From Kiritimatiellia bacterium (GTDB lineage Bacteria; Verrucomicrobiota; Kiritimatiellia; JAAZAB01), in NCBI GenBank assembly GCA_040767085.1, contig JAXGPF010000003.1:288001-352000 (forward strand): a DNA stretch of 64,000 nt, in the 5' to 3' direction. This document shows, piece by piece, positions 8,833 to 19,407 of this stretch. Every line of letters starts with the position of its first letter. Position 1 is the first letter of the stretch. A program made the translations under genes and the position numbers. Below the pieces are notes generated by a model, which saw only the letters and a program-made list of their open reading frames with translations, was not told where the DNA came from and searched no databases.

Positions 8833-9843
8833 TCAGGCCGCCCCCGGCGCCGCCAGCCGGACAAAGCCATGCTCGAATACCATGGCTTCATGGATATTCC
8901 GCTCGAACTGGGTTTGCATCTCCTCCACCACCCGGAGCCGGGCCAGCGCCTGCCGGCAGGTCAGCCCCTGCGCCGCCTGGCGCAGCGTGGCGGACGCATC
9001 CTGGAAGGCCAGCAACGCATCGTCCGCGCCGGCGATGCACATGAGCAAATCGCGCTGCCAGAGCAGCAGCCACTCCAGCACGGTTTCGCGCCGGCCGCGG
9101 TAGCGGGCCTCGATGCGGGCTTCCATGACCGCCTCCATTTTTTCGCGCGCGCTCTTGTCCATGTCGTCCAAGTTCATTTCCGCCAGAGCCCCGGCCTCGA
9201 TTTCGCCGATTTCCGCCTTGATGGCCTTCAGCCGGTCGAGGATGAACCGCGCCCGCTCAATGGCGGCCACCAGCCCTCCGACGCCGGTTTCCGTCATGGC
9301 CGCCAGAATCAGGTCGCGGCCTTCGCGGCTGGCCGCCGGGTCGGCGCTGTTGAGCGTCAGCCGCTGGCAGCGGGAAATGATGGTGGACAGGAGTTCGTCG
9401 GGGCTGTCGGTCAGCAGCAGAAACAGCGAGCGGGGCGGGGGCTCTTCGAGGGTTTTCAGGATTTTATTGGAGGCTTGCTCGTTCAGGCGGTCGGCATCCG
9501 CCAGCACGACGGTTTTCCAGCCGCCGTCAAATGTAGTCTGGCCGATATGCTGGAGCAAGCGTTCAATCTGATCCACCACCACCCGCCGGGATTTGCTTTC
9601 CGGCTCGATCCAGAGCGAATCCGGATGCTGGCGGGCCAGCGCCTGGCGGCAGCCCGGGCACTTGCCGCAAGGGCTTTCCGGCGGCGGCGCCTTGCAATAC
9701 AGCAAGGCCAGGATTTCGCCCGCCGCCTCGCGCAGCACTTCCCGGGAACGGCCGCAGAGCAGGTAGGCATGGGCCAGGCGCCCCCCCAGCAGGGCATGGC
9801 GCAGGGAATTCAACAACTGCTTGATTTCAGGATTGGATGACAT
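8833..9843 (-). CDS. holB: DNA polymerase III subunit delta'
   Basis: LAHAYLLCG, PCGKCPGC Zn module, HPD, ADRLNEQASNKILKTLEEPP, LLSTIISRCQ; start moved to ATG 9843, overlapping the end of tmk. Confidence 0.9.
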   Translation of the reverse strand: MSSNPEIKQLLNSLRHALLGGRLAHAYLLCGRSREVLREAAGEILALLYCKAPPPESPCGKCPGCRQALARQHPDSLWIEPESKSRRVVVDQIERLLQHIGQTTFDGGWKTVVLADADRLNEQASNKILKTLEEPPPRSLFLLLTDSPDELLSTIISRCQRLTLNSADPAASREGRDLILAAMTETGVGGLVAAIERARFILDRLKAIKAEIGEIEAGALAEMNLDDMDKSAREKMEAVMEARIEARYRGRRETVLEWLLLWQRDLLMCIAGADDALLAFQDASATLRQAAQGLTCRQALARLRVVEEMQTQFERNIHEAMVFEHGFVRLAAPGAA

Positions 9844-10474
9844 GTTGTGCCGCTTCCCACACCGCTTGCTGCAATTCCGCCGGCGGCCGCGTGGCATCCA
9901 GCAAACGAAACCGGCCGGGGTCCTGCCGGGCGATTGCCAGGTATCCCTGGCGCACGCGTTCGTGAAACTCCCGCGCTTCGCGCTCGATCCGGTCGGCGCC
10001 CCCGCCATTGGCGCTTTGCCGGTTTTGCGCGCGCAGCAAACCGGCCGTGACGTCCAAGTCCAGTAAAAAAGTGATATCCGGCATCAAGCCGCCGGTAGCC
10101 ATGGCGTTCAATTCCCGCACCTGTTCCAGGTCAAAATTGCGGCCATAACCCTGGTAAACGGCGGTGGAATCGGCAAACCGGTCGCAAATCACATGCAGGC
10201 CGGCCGCCAGCGCCGGCCGGATCACCTCGCCGACCAACTGGGCGCGGGCGGCGAGAAAGAGCAATAATTCCGCCGGGGGCGTCGGCGGTGGCTGTTGATG
10301 ATCCTTCAACAGACGCCGCACCCCCTCGCCCAGCCAGGTGCCGCCCGGCTCGCGGGTCAGTTTAACCGCCATGCCCGAAGTCCGCAACCTTTGCGCCAGC
10401 GCCGCGGCATGCGTGGATTTGCCGCCGCCTTCGGGCCCTTCAAAGGTGATCAATTTGCCGCGTTTGTCTGTCAT
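9827..10474 (-). CDS. tmk: Thymidylate kinase
   Basis: ITFEGPEGGGKST, TREPGG, DRFADST..YQGYGR, PDITFLLD, DRIE. Confidence 0.96.
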   Translation of the reverse strand: MTDKRGKLITFEGPEGGGKSTHAAALAQRLRTSGMAVKLTREPGGTWLGEGVRRLLKDHQQPPPTPPAELLLFLAARAQLVGEVIRPALAAGLHVICDRFADSTAVYQGYGRNFDLEQVRELNAMATGGLMPDITFLLDLDVTAGLLRAQNRQSANGGGADRIEREAREFHERVRQGYLAIARQDPGRFRLLDATRPPAELQQAVWEAAQHVIQS

Positions 10475-10480
10475 GACAAA

Positions 10481-10635
10481 TTTCAAAACTCACGTTTTGA
10501 AAGAATTCAGAATTCAGTAGTCAGAATTCAGAATAAATTCAAATGGTTTGTGTTAAACGTCTTATATTGTTTTGCAATTCTGACTACTGACTTCTGTCTT
10601 CTGAATACTGCTTTCAAAAGCTGACTTTTGAAAGC
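10481..10635. repeat. Symmetric composite repeat: two TTTCAAAA-N6-TTTTGAAA hairpins enclosing inverted heptamer arrays
   Basis: Hairpins at 10481-10502 and 10610-10635; AGAATTC/AGTAGTC units at ~10502-10534 and inverted units (attctgactactgacttctgtcttctgaatactg) at 10577-10610. Confidence 0.75.
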
Positions 10636-10640
10636 AACTC

Positions 10641-12119
10641 TCATGGTTTTCTTTTTTGCGCCTCTTGTGTTTCTTTGTGGAGATGCTGACTCCCGCTCGC
10701 CAATTGATCCGGACCACCCCGGCGTTTCAGCTTATACCCGCCCGGCACATCCTGCACGGCCCAGCCGCGTTCCGCAAGCAAGCCGCGCAAACGGTCGGAC
10801 TCCGCCCAATCGCGCCGCTGCCGCGCCGCCTGCCGCTCCTCGGCCAGCTTCAACCCGGCGTCATCCGGCGCCGCCGGCGGCGCCGCCAGGAAGCCGAACA
10901 CCCGGTCCATGTCGTCCAGCACCGCCCGCGCGGCGCCGGCATCGGCCGGAGTCAATTTGCCGGCATCCGCCAGGCAGTTGCCGGCATGCACGACTTCAAA
11001 CAGCGCCGCCAGCGCGGCCGCCGTGTTCAAATCGTCGTCCAACCCATGGCGGAAGGCGCTTTGCGCCGCCGCCAGCCAGTCCGGCGTGGCGGCTGGCGCC
11101 GCCGGCGCCGGCCCGGCCAAGGCGGCCAGGCGTTCCCGGAACTCATCCGTGCGGCTCAGCGCCGCCCGGGCCGCATCCAGCGACTCGAACGTAAAATTGA
11201 GCGACTGCCGGTAATGCGCCGAGGCCAGCACGTAGCGGATTTCCCGGCCGGAAAAACCGCGCTGCAGCAGGTCGCGCAAAGTGTAAAAATTGCCCAGCGA
11301 CTTGGACATCTTCCGACCATCCACCACCAGGTGCGCGCAATGCATCCAGTAACGCACAAACGGCACGCCGGTTGCCGCTTCGCTCTGGGCGATTTCATCC
11401 TCATGATGCGGGAAAATATTGTCCATGCCCCCGGTATGCAGGTCGAATCCCGGCCCGAGATATTTCATGCTCATGGCCGAGCATTCAATGTGCCAGCCCG
11501 GGCGGCCCCGGCCCCAGGGCGCATCCCAAACCACATCGCCATCCTCCGGGCACCAGGCCTTCCAGAGGGCAAAATCCGCGGCGTTTTCTTTCTGGTACTC
11601 ATCCTGCGCGATCCGGGCGCCGGGTTTCAAGCCTTCCATGTCCAGGTGCGCCAGCCGGCCGTAATTTTTAAACCGGCTGATGTTGAAATAAACCGAACCA
11701 TCCTCCGAGCGGTAGGCATAACCCTTCTGGAAAAGCGTCTCGATCAGCGCGATCATTTCCGGCACATGCTCGGTGGCGGCGGGGTAAAACTCCGCCGGCT
11801 CGATGTTGAGCGTCTTCAAATCGGCGAAAAAGGCGTCCTTGAACACCTGGGTGTAATCCCGCAACGACTGGCCGGCGATGCGCGCGCCCTTGATCGTCTT
11901 GTCGTCCACATCCGTCAGGTTCATCGCCTGGCGCGGGACAAAACCCAGGTATTTCAGATACCGCCGCAGCAAGTCTTCAAAGATGTAAGCGCGGAAATTG
12001 CCGATATGGGCGTAATTATAGACCGTCGGCCCGCAGGTATACAGGCGCACCGCCGGCGGCTGCGCCGGGGTAAAAACCTCCAGCCGGCGCGCCAATGTAT
12101 TGTAGATTTTGAATGCCAT
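10641..12119 (-). CDS. cysS: Cysteine--tRNA ligase
   Basis: YTCGPTVYNYAHIGN, DFALWK, GRPGWHIECSAM, KMSKSLGNF; start at MAFKIYN. Confidence 0.97.
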   Translation of the reverse strand: MAFKIYNTLARRLEVFTPAQPPAVRLYTCGPTVYNYAHIGNFRAYIFEDLLRRYLKYLGFVPRQAMNLTDVDDKTIKGARIAGQSLRDYTQVFKDAFFADLKTLNIEPAEFYPAATEHVPEMIALIETLFQKGYAYRSEDGSVYFNISRFKNYGRLAHLDMEGLKPGARIAQDEYQKENAADFALWKAWCPEDGDVVWDAPWGRGRPGWHIECSAMSMKYLGPGFDLHTGGMDNIFPHHEDEIAQSEAATGVPFVRYWMHCAHLVVDGRKMSKSLGNFYTLRDLLQRGFSGREIRYVLASAHYRQSLNFTFESLDAARAALSRTDEFRERLAALAGPAPAAPAATPDWLAAAQSAFRHGLDDDLNTAAALAALFEVVHAGNCLADAGKLTPADAGAARAVLDDMDRVFGFLAAPPAAPDDAGLKLAEERQAARQRRDWAESDRLRGLLAERGWAVQDVPGGYKLKRRGGPDQLASGSQHLHKETQEAQKRKP

Positions 12120-12243
12120 GCGACCCCGCGCCTCCGCGCGTCTTGTCCTTGAGACCCCGAAATAGGGCATAGTTTACCGGCGGCGTCCGGGAAAATCAAT
12201 GTAAAACCTGAATTGCGCGCCGCGCCAGGGCTTGCCGCAAAGC

Positions 12244-12945
12244 CTAATTCACGCCGGCGGGCGGGCGTTGGAAGACGAATTTTTTCACGGCAATCAGGAT
12301 GACGCCGATGGCCAGCGCGATCAGCAGCAGGGCGGTGACGGACAACGGATAATTGCCGGCGGGCAGGTATTTATTGAAAAGCAATTGCGCCAGCGACACC
12401 AGCGTGGTGACCATCATGAACGCCGCCGGCGCCAGCATGAACCAGCGGGTGCGCCGCCGGACCATCAGCCAGGCGGCGGCCACGATCAGGGCCAGCGCCG
12501 CCATCAACTGGTTCGCGCTGCCGAAGATCGGCCAGATATATTTAAAAGTGTTGGTGTAACACAAAAAGAACATGGCCGCCGCCACCACGGCGGCGTTGGA
12601 ATAATGGCTGCGCAGCCAGCTTGGCGGATTTTTAAAGAGCACGGGCCAAAGCTCCTCCAGCAGGTAGCGATTCAGGCGCGAAGCGGTGTCCAGGGTGGTC
12701 ACGATAAAGCCCTCCACCATCAACAACCCAAAGACCGTGCCATAACTCATGGGCATATTCAAAGATTTATGCAGCAGGCCGCCCATGCCCAGAGCGAATG
12801 CCAGCACGGGATTGCTGGCGGCGCCGGGCGCTGTCGGAAACACGATGCCTTGAAACTGGGCGAGCGACAATCCGGCGCCCACGGCCATGACGACCAGCAC
12901 CGCCAGGATGGATTCCAGCAACATGCCGCCGTAACCGATGGGTAA
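12244..12945 (-). pseudogene. cstA: cstA 3' fragment (peptide/pyruvate transporter family), 5' part missing
   Basis: IGYGGML.E, TTLDTA.RL.RY and WP.FG.ANQL motifs with hydrophobic helices; no 5' part in the window. Confidence 0.8.
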
Positions 12946-15102
12946 GGCCTGGCAAAGCATGTGGGATTTGCTCATGCAGATCGGCGTCCGATAGATATCC
13001 AGCTTATTCGCCAATGGCACGAAAAACATGATCTTGTTGTCCTGGCGGCAGCGCTCCCGGAGGATATGGGCGTAATAGGCCGTATACAAACCCGGTTCGC
13101 CGTAAATCCGCCCGGTGAACGGGCGCGGGTAGATGTCGAATCCCAGGATTTCCCCCCAGCGCGTCCAATGGTCGCCATGGGGGATGCTCATCGAATACAG
13201 CAAAAAAAGCGGCCGGTAAGGATCAAGGGTGTTGACTGTATTCCAATACCATTCAGCGACAGCGATGTTCGCGTCCCGATCGCCCAGGTTCGGCTCATCC
13301 ACGTTATAATAACAAAGCATGTTGCGGCGTTCCCGCAGGATTTTGGCGTTCGCCTCCAGCATCGGCGCCAGTTTCGCATAACCTTCCCGCTGGTAAGCCA
13401 GCCGTTCGATCAACGGCTGGGCGATCGGCGGACGCGAGTCGCCCGGCTTGTATCCCGCCCACGGCGCCGCGGAAACAATCCATTCAATCACGTCCAAGCC
13501 GTATTTTTCCGCCATTTGTGCGAACTGTCCGACCTGGGCATTCGCCGGCCCGGCCGCGTCGGGATTTTTGGTAATATGCTCGTTGACGAGCGTGGTAAAC
13601 CCAACATCCTTGAGATGCTTGATCAGGTTTTCATCAAATATTTTGACGTTATTATATATCCCCACGGGGAATATCGGCCGGCCATCCTTCAGGATCACAC
13701 CCTTGATAAAGTCGCATTTTACCTCAAAGCCGGGGCGCGGATCCAGGCGTTTGACATTCAGTTGCTTTGACGCCAGCGTTTGTCCCCCGGCAACCAAACG
13801 AACATTCACGGTGTTATCGCCAGGTTTGAACGCGCTTAACGGAAGGCCGGGCGTCATGACCGGTTGCAGCCCCTTGATTTCAGCTATGGCCGCCCCATTG
13901 ACCTCGATGGCCAGGGCGGTCTCCGGGAGCATGGCCGGCGGCAGGCCGAATTCCAACCTGATCTCCGCGTTTTCTTCGACGGTGTAGTAGCTGCGCCCGA
14001 CAAACACCCGCTTGATCGCTTTTAACGCGGCCATATTTTCAACCGCCATCACCGCCAGCAGGTTCCCGTCCGCGGGGTCCGCCAGCGCCACGCTGACCTC
14101 GCGTTCGCGCAAATCATCGGCCGCAACGCTCAGAACCAGGGCGCGTTGATATCGTTCGGCTCCTGCGCGCTGCCCTGTTTTCCCGTCCAGGTCAATGATT
14201 GCCGAAGCTTTTTCGACGCCGCCCGCGCCAAAATCCTCCAGCACCCGGACCTTCGCCCGGCCGGCAACTCCCGTAAACCTCTGCAAGGTTATCCGCACAT
14301 CATAGAAGTATTGACCGGCTTGCTGCCGCCAGCCGGCGATTTCCGCGGCCGCGATTTGCGGAGCGAAAGGGGCTTCCGGCTTGAACCCGCCCAAACCGGC
14401 GGCAGCGCAAAAATTATTTAAATCGTGCGCTTGGCCCCGGCCCGGCGTGCCGGCCTTGAGCGTGGAAAAAACCGTGCGCTCGTTTTGTTTCGCCCCCATG
14501 GGGTCCAGGGCAATGGCCCGGAGGTTGCGGGCGAGATTGAGTTGCGCGCTGCCCAGGTCGTCGCATTCCAAGGCCTGCAGCGGGATCGCAACCTCGGCCG
14601 TCCAGCCGTCCGGCAGGCGTCTGGCGACGCTGCGCCAGAACGTATTCCAGCCGACTTCCTGCTTGCGCACGGGAGTCGTTTGGATCCGCTGTTCCATCGT
14701 CACGTTGTCGGCGGTGAGTACGAACCAGTAATAGCGGTCTTGCGACTTTGCCGGTTGCAGATACACTTCCACCGACTCGTTGGCATAAAAGTTCGGGTAG
14801 ATGTCGTCGTGTTTAAACACGGTTTGGAGAACATGCGCCATGTTGGAATTGGCGCATTGGAATCCCAGGTAGAGCAACTTTGTGTCGCGTGCCAGCCAGA
14901 CAGTCGTGTCCGGCGTCGGCGTATTGGTGTTTTCCAGGTAGAATTGGCCGATTTTGGCCGCCGCCTGCCAGGCAGGTTCGTCCAGGACACCGTCAATTTT
15001 CGGCGGGCTGACGGCGGGGATAAGCGGCAATTCCTGATCCGCGGCCAGCGCGCCAATCGCCGCGCCGCAAAATATGCCCAGGGCCAGACCTCGCCTATTC
15101 AT
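12244..15102 (-). CDS. Chimeric ORF: secreted CBM9-like/GH-like paralogue (aa ~1-718) fused in frame to the C-terminal part of carbon starvation protein CstA
   Basis: The N-terminal part aligns by eye with 20930..24229 and 30144..33452 up to HMLCQA. It then reads LPIGYGGMLLES...TTLDTASRLNRY...IWPIFGSANQLMAALAL, which are CstA motifs. Confidence 0.85.
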   Translation of the reverse strand: MNRRGLALGIFCGAAIGALAADQELPLIPAVSPPKIDGVLDEPAWQAAAKIGQFYLENTNTPTPDTTVWLARDTKLLYLGFQCANSNMAHVLQTVFKHDDIYPNFYANESVEVYLQPAKSQDRYYWFVLTADNVTMEQRIQTTPVRKQEVGWNTFWRSVARRLPDGWTAEVAIPLQALECDDLGSAQLNLARNLRAIALDPMGAKQNERTVFSTLKAGTPGRGQAHDLNNFCAAAGLGGFKPEAPFAPQIAAAEIAGWRQQAGQYFYDVRITLQRFTGVAGRAKVRVLEDFGAGGVEKASAIIDLDGKTGQRAGAERYQRALVLSVAADDLREREVSVALADPADGNLLAVMAVENMAALKAIKRVFVGRSYYTVEENAEIRLEFGLPPAMLPETALAIEVNGAAIAEIKGLQPVMTPGLPLSAFKPGDNTVNVRLVAGGQTLASKQLNVKRLDPRPGFEVKCDFIKGVILKDGRPIFPVGIYNNVKIFDENLIKHLKDVGFTTLVNEHITKNPDAAGPANAQVGQFAQMAEKYGLDVIEWIVSAAPWAGYKPGDSRPPIAQPLIERLAYQREGYAKLAPMLEANAKILRERRNMLCYYNVDEPNLGDRDANIAVAEWYWNTVNTLDPYRPLFLLYSMSIPHGDHWTRWGEILGFDIYPRPFTGRIYGEPGLYTAYYAHILRERCRQDNKIMFFVPLANKLDIYRTPICMSKSHMLCQALPIGYGGMLLESILAVLVVMAVGAGLSLAQFQGIVFPTAPGAASNPVLAFALGMGGLLHKSLNMPMSYGTVFGLLMVEGFIVTTLDTASRLNRYLLEELWPVLFKNPPSWLRSHYSNAAVVAAAMFFLCYTNTFKYIWPIFGSANQLMAALALIVAAAWLMVRRRTRWFMLAPAAFMMVTTLVSLAQLLFNKYLPAGNYPLSVTALLLIALAIGVILIAVKKFVFQRPPAGVN

Positions 15103-17131
15103 GCGCGCTGCTCCGGGTGTTTTTTTCCCGGCGGACTTTGGGTTGACGGATGTTTTCCTTGCAGCCGCGCTCCGCGATCACGCAGACATCATATGGCGCC
15201 AGGTTAACCCGGCCCGCATGGTAATCGCCCAACAGCGCCCGTCCCCCGCCGGCGCGCTGCACGACGGCGGAATCCGGGCCATGATTGATGATAAACGTCA
15301 CCGGGCCGCGCTGCACGAGCTCGACGGCCGCGGGAGTGTCCGGGCCGGCCGCCACGCCGGCGGCTTGTAACGCGTAATCCAGGATGGCCGCCAGGCTGTC
15401 GCGGTCCGCTTCGTTGGCCGCAAGATAGATTGTCCGGCCCAATCCGGTCTGGCGCTCGACCACGGCCGGCTGGCCTTGGAGAAAGCTGGCATCAAAGCGC
15501 ATCAGCGCGGCGCCGCCCTGGACCGTGACATCGCCAGCCCACTTGCGCGCCAAGCCTTGGAGGCGCCGGCCGGCAATGGTTCCCGAAAACGGCAGGTCCG
15601 GGTCCTGGTCCGAACGGATTTCGGCGTGAGCCCGGGCGGTATTCAGCCGCACCCCGCTCTCCATCGTCATTCCAAAGAGCGTTTGCAGGGGCTCCGGGCC
15701 GGCCAGCGGCAAATAATTGCCGTTGGCATCGAACTGGCCCAACTGCCCCATGGCCACGATCACGCCGCCGCGCCTGACAAATTCCTCCAGGCGGCAAGCC
15801 GCCGCCCGGCTGACATGCAACAGCGCTGGAATCAAGAGCAGGCGATAAGCGTCCAGGTCGCGGTCGGCCGGAATGACATCGGCCACGAGCTGGCGCCGGA
15901 ACAGCCAGGCGGCAATGTCCGCGGCCGCGTTGGTATCGGCCAGCCGGCAGCCGGCAATGGTCCATTCGCTGTCGTAATCTTTAAGCATCGCAACTTTGGC
16001 CGCCGGCAGCGGGAGATTTTTCAAACGCGGCGCCAGCGCCTGCATTTCCAGGAAGGCGCTTTTGACCCCCTCGTAACGCGCGCCGGCCTTGCCGGAATGT
16101 TCCAGCAAGCCCAGCGCTTGCTGTTCCTGGCCTGACAGGAACGGGCGCCACAGGAAAACCAGGAGCATCTCCGCGCCGTGGGCGTAAAAGCTCCACAGCC
16201 GCGGCCGGAAGCGCGCATCATGCGGCAGGCCCGGCCAGCCCTCGCCGCCCACGCCGGTTTCCGTGATCCAGAAAGGCGTAGCGGCCTTATAGCTCCGGTG
16301 GCGGTCGAGCGTATGGGCAAAGGTAAACCCATCCGCCTGGTAAATGTCGCCGCCCGCGCGGTCCAGCCCCGCGAAAGCCTTGAAATGATCCACCCGGTTG
16401 AAATTATTCGTGCAGATCAAGGCCCCCGGGTGATGGGCGCGGATGATGCGCGCCTGGTCCATGGCATAATCAATTTTCGTGTCGCTGTAAAAGCGGCAAC
16501 TATCCAAAACCCGGCTCGGCGAATGGATGAGTCCGGTGTCGCCCAGGGTCACCTCTTCCCAATCGCCGTAATCCATGCTCCAGAAGGCGTTGCCCCAGGC
16601 GCGGTTCAACTCCGCCAGCGTGCCATAGCGTTCCCGCAGCCATGCGCGGAACCGGGTCTGGCAATGGGCGCAATGGCAGTTGCCGAAAATCGAACAGCCG
16701 ATTTCGTTGTCAATCTGCCAGGCCACGACATTCGGATATTGCGCCGCTTCGCGGGCCAGCTTTTCCGTAATCCGGGCGCAATGCCGGCGGTAGACGGCGG
16801 ATGAATAGCAGGTGTGCTGGCGCACGCCATGATAGGCCTGCCGCCCGTCCTTGCTGATGATCAGCGTATCGGGATATTTTTTTACCAGCCACGCCGGCGC
16901 CGTCGCCGTGGGCGTACACAACAGGACCTTGATCTGGTGATCGGCCATGACGCGGATGGCCGCATGCAGCCAATCCAGCGTGAAGTGGTTTTCGCAGGGC
17001 TCCATGCGCGACCAGGCGAACTCGCCGATCCGGACCATGTTGATGCCCGCCGCCCGCATCAGCCGGGCATCGGTCTCCAAATTTTCCAATCCCCAGTTTT
17101 CCGGATAATAAGCACAACCAAAGTATTGCAT
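15095..17131 (-). CDS. Beta-galactosidase, GH42 family
   Basis: GCAYYPENW, GINMVRIGEFAWSRMEP, TPTATAPAWL, WQIDNE, CHCAHC, FWITE, followed by a trimerisation domain. Confidence 0.92.
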   Translation of the reverse strand: MQYFGCAYYPENWGLENLETDARLMRAAGINMVRIGEFAWSRMEPCENHFTLDWLHAAIRVMADHQIKVLLCTPTATAPAWLVKKYPDTLIISKDGRQAYHGVRQHTCYSSAVYRRHCARITEKLAREAAQYPNVVAWQIDNEIGCSIFGNCHCAHCQTRFRAWLRERYGTLAELNRAWGNAFWSMDYGDWEEVTLGDTGLIHSPSRVLDSCRFYSDTKIDYAMDQARIIRAHHPGALICTNNFNRVDHFKAFAGLDRAGGDIYQADGFTFAHTLDRHRSYKAATPFWITETGVGGEGWPGLPHDARFRPRLWSFYAHGAEMLLVFLWRPFLSGQEQQALGLLEHSGKAGARYEGVKSAFLEMQALAPRLKNLPLPAAKVAMLKDYDSEWTIAGCRLADTNAAADIAAWLFRRQLVADVIPADRDLDAYRLLLIPALLHVSRAAACRLEEFVRRGGVIVAMGQLGQFDANGNYLPLAGPEPLQTLFGMTMESGVRLNTARAHAEIRSDQDPDLPFSGTIAGRRLQGLARKWAGDVTVQGGAALMRFDASFLQGQPAVVERQTGLGRTIYLAANEADRDSLAAILDYALQAAGVAAGPDTPAAVELVQRGPVTFIINHGPDSAVVQRAGGGRALLGDYHAGRVNLAPYDVCVIAERGCKENIRQPKVRREKNTRSSAHE

Positions 17132-17566
17132 GTTTTTAATTCCACCGCGTGAATCCAGGCGGCGGCCGCCCGGGTGGGGAAACTGCGGCCGGCAACCGCT
17201 CCCGATCTGCGCCGGCTGAAAGCAATTTCACTTGAAACTGAAAAGAGCGCCTTGCGGCAGGTATTCGTAACAGCCCATGTCTACCCGCCGGGAATAACGG
17301 TCAATCCGCGTCACACCGCCCAAATCCAGCGCGCCCGCCATCCAGTCCTCGTTGGTACCCGCGTTCACCCCGGGCGATGCGTGATTCAACCCATAATCAC
17401 CGGCGGCAAAGGCGTTAAACACCGGCGCGTTGGTGACATTGCCAAGGGCCGCGTTGGTCAGGGTTGCGTTGCAACAATAAGAAAACGCATTGCTCCGCGC
17501 GGCGGCGCCCGCATAGATGTCCTGGTAAAGCTGGCTAATGCGGTTGGAGACAACGATGCAATTAGT

Positions 17567-19407
17567 CCTGATCCAAGCGAAGAATTTATGGAAATGAGAG
17601 GATAAGATGCTTGAAATGCCCGCCAGTATTGGTTAAAGTGAAGTTGATATAAAACACTAAGACCAACGAAAGGGGGCATTTCAAGTGAGCAAAGGTTACC
17701 GGGAAATCATACGGAATTGCAAGAACAAAATTGAGCGCAAACTGGCAAATTATCGCGGCGGGCATGTTGACAACACGGTGCCGGTCTTGTCGGCGAGCAA
17801 CATCCATTACGAGATGGCGGACAAGGCGCAGGGGATGAATTGCGGGGGGATTGGGGCGATCCACCAGATGGTTAAGCGCCTTGGCTTGACCGACGAGATT
17901 GACCGGCGAATGGGATTGCTGAAGCTGCATATGCCGTATCATGAATCCGATCATGTATTAAATATTGGCTACAACGTTTTACTTGGCGGCGTACGGTTGG
18001 AAGATATTGAATTAAGACGCCAGGATGAGGTGTTTCTGAAGGCGTTGCAAACCGAGAGCATGCCTGATCCGACGACGGCGGGCGATTTTACCCGGCGTTT
18101 TACGCCGATGGACATAGAGCGGTTGATGGAGTGCTTCAATGCCGGGCGGCGGCGGGTATGGAAGAGGCGCGGGCGCAAGTTATTGAGGGACGCGTTGATT
18201 GATGTTGACGGCACGATTGCCGGGACGCTTGGGGAATGCAAGGGCGGGATGGAAATATCCTACAAGGGGGTGTGGGGGTATCACCCGCTGGTGGTGAGTT
18301 TGGCGAACACCAAAGAGGTGCTGTTTATCGAGAATCGTCCGGGGAATGTCGCCAGTCACGCAGGATGCGTTAAATGGATTGACAAGGCGATCGATCTGGT
18401 ATGGCCGCATGCCCGGACGATCACCTTGCGGGGCGACACGGATTTTTCGCTCACGGCACAATTCGATGGTTGGGCGAAGCGGGTGGATTTTGTGTTTGGG
18501 ATGGACGCGCATCCCGCGTTGGTCAAAAGAGCCGAGGCGTTGTCAGAGGCTGATTACCGGCCGCTAAAGCGGAAGGCCAGGTATGAGGTTGCCACGACTG
18601 CGCGGCGGCGTCCGGAAAAAGTCAAAGAGCAGATTGTGGTGCGGCGCGAGTTCGAGAATCTGCGTTTGGACGGGGAGCAGGTGGCGGAGTTCCGGTATCG
18701 TCCTGGGAAATGCGGGCGGGATTATCGCGTGATAGCGCTGCGTAAAAACATCAGCCACATTAAAGGCGAGGCGATGCTTTTTGACGAGATTCGATATTTC
18801 TTTTACGTCACCACCCGTGAAGATCTGACGCTGGCGCAGGTGGTGGAGTTGGCCAACGGCCGTTGCGACCAGGAAAACGTGATCGAGCAACTGAAAAACG
18901 GCGTGAATGCGATGCGTATGCCGGTGGATGACCTGGTCAGCAATTGGGCGTACATGGTAATGGCGGCGCTGGCATGGAATTTAAAGGCGTGGTTTGCGAT
19001 GATGGTTCGGCGTCAAGATCGCCGGACGGAATTGCTGCGCATGGAGTTTCGCCGGTTTTTACACGCCATAATATTATTGCCAACACAAATTATCGTGCAG
19101 GGGCGCCGGATTACATATCGGCTTTTGGCGTACAATTCCTGGCTGACGGATTTTTTTGCGGCATGGGAATATATCCGGCGAACGAAATTCGCCTGACAAC
19201 ATATTTTCCCGGGCAGAAGGCTGGAGCGAGACGCAAGTTACAGTCGAGGTGTATTTAAAACCGGCTGTATTTTGAGGAAAGCAAGGTGTGTGCTGATGGA
19301 ACCGGGCAAAACGGACGCAAATCATCAAATTAATTGCACCGGGAAATCAATTTGGGTGCATAAATCGCGAAAAATCAGAGCGCTCGAACAACCTCGCTTA
19401 TTTTAGG
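17567..19407 (+). mobile_element. IS1380-family insertion sequence (1841 bp)
   Basis: Ends CCTGATCCAAGCGA / reverse complement CCTAAAATAAGCGA; flanked by the direct repeat ATTAGT (17561-17566, 19408-19413). Confidence 0.88.
17685..19196 (+). CDS. IS1380-family DDE transposase
   Basis: [51 protein letters not shown]...LAWNL. Confidence 0.92.
   Translation: MSKGYREIIRNCKNKIERKLANYRGGHVDNTVPVLSASNIHYEMADKAQGMNCGGIGAIHQMVKRLGLTDEIDRRMGLLKLHMPYHESDHVLNIGYNVLLGGVRLEDIELRRQDEVFLKALQTESMPDPTTAGDFTRRFTPMDIERLMECFNAGRRRVWKRRGRKLLRDALIDVDGTIAGTLGECKGGMEISYKGVWGYHPLVVSLANTKEVLFIENRPGNVASHAGCVKWIDKAIDLVWPHARTITLRGDTDFSLTAQFDGWAKRVDFVFGMDAHPALVKRAEALSEADYRPLKRKARYEVATTARRRPEKVKEQIVVRREFENLRLDGEQVAEFRYRPGKCGRDYRVIALRKNISHIKGEAMLFDEIRYFFYVTTREDLTLAQVVELANGRCDQENVIEQLKNGVNAMRMPVDDLVSNWAYMVMAALAWNLKAWFAMMVRRQDRRTELLRMEFRRFLHAIILLPTQIIVQGRRITYRLLAYNSWLTDFFAAWEYIRRTKFA

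Noticed and set aside
9844-10008. N-terminal extensions given by the ORF track for holB (also cysS, gntR, araC 46246, HU)
   Set aside because: They overlap neighbours or promoters; downstream starts fit the family N-termini better.
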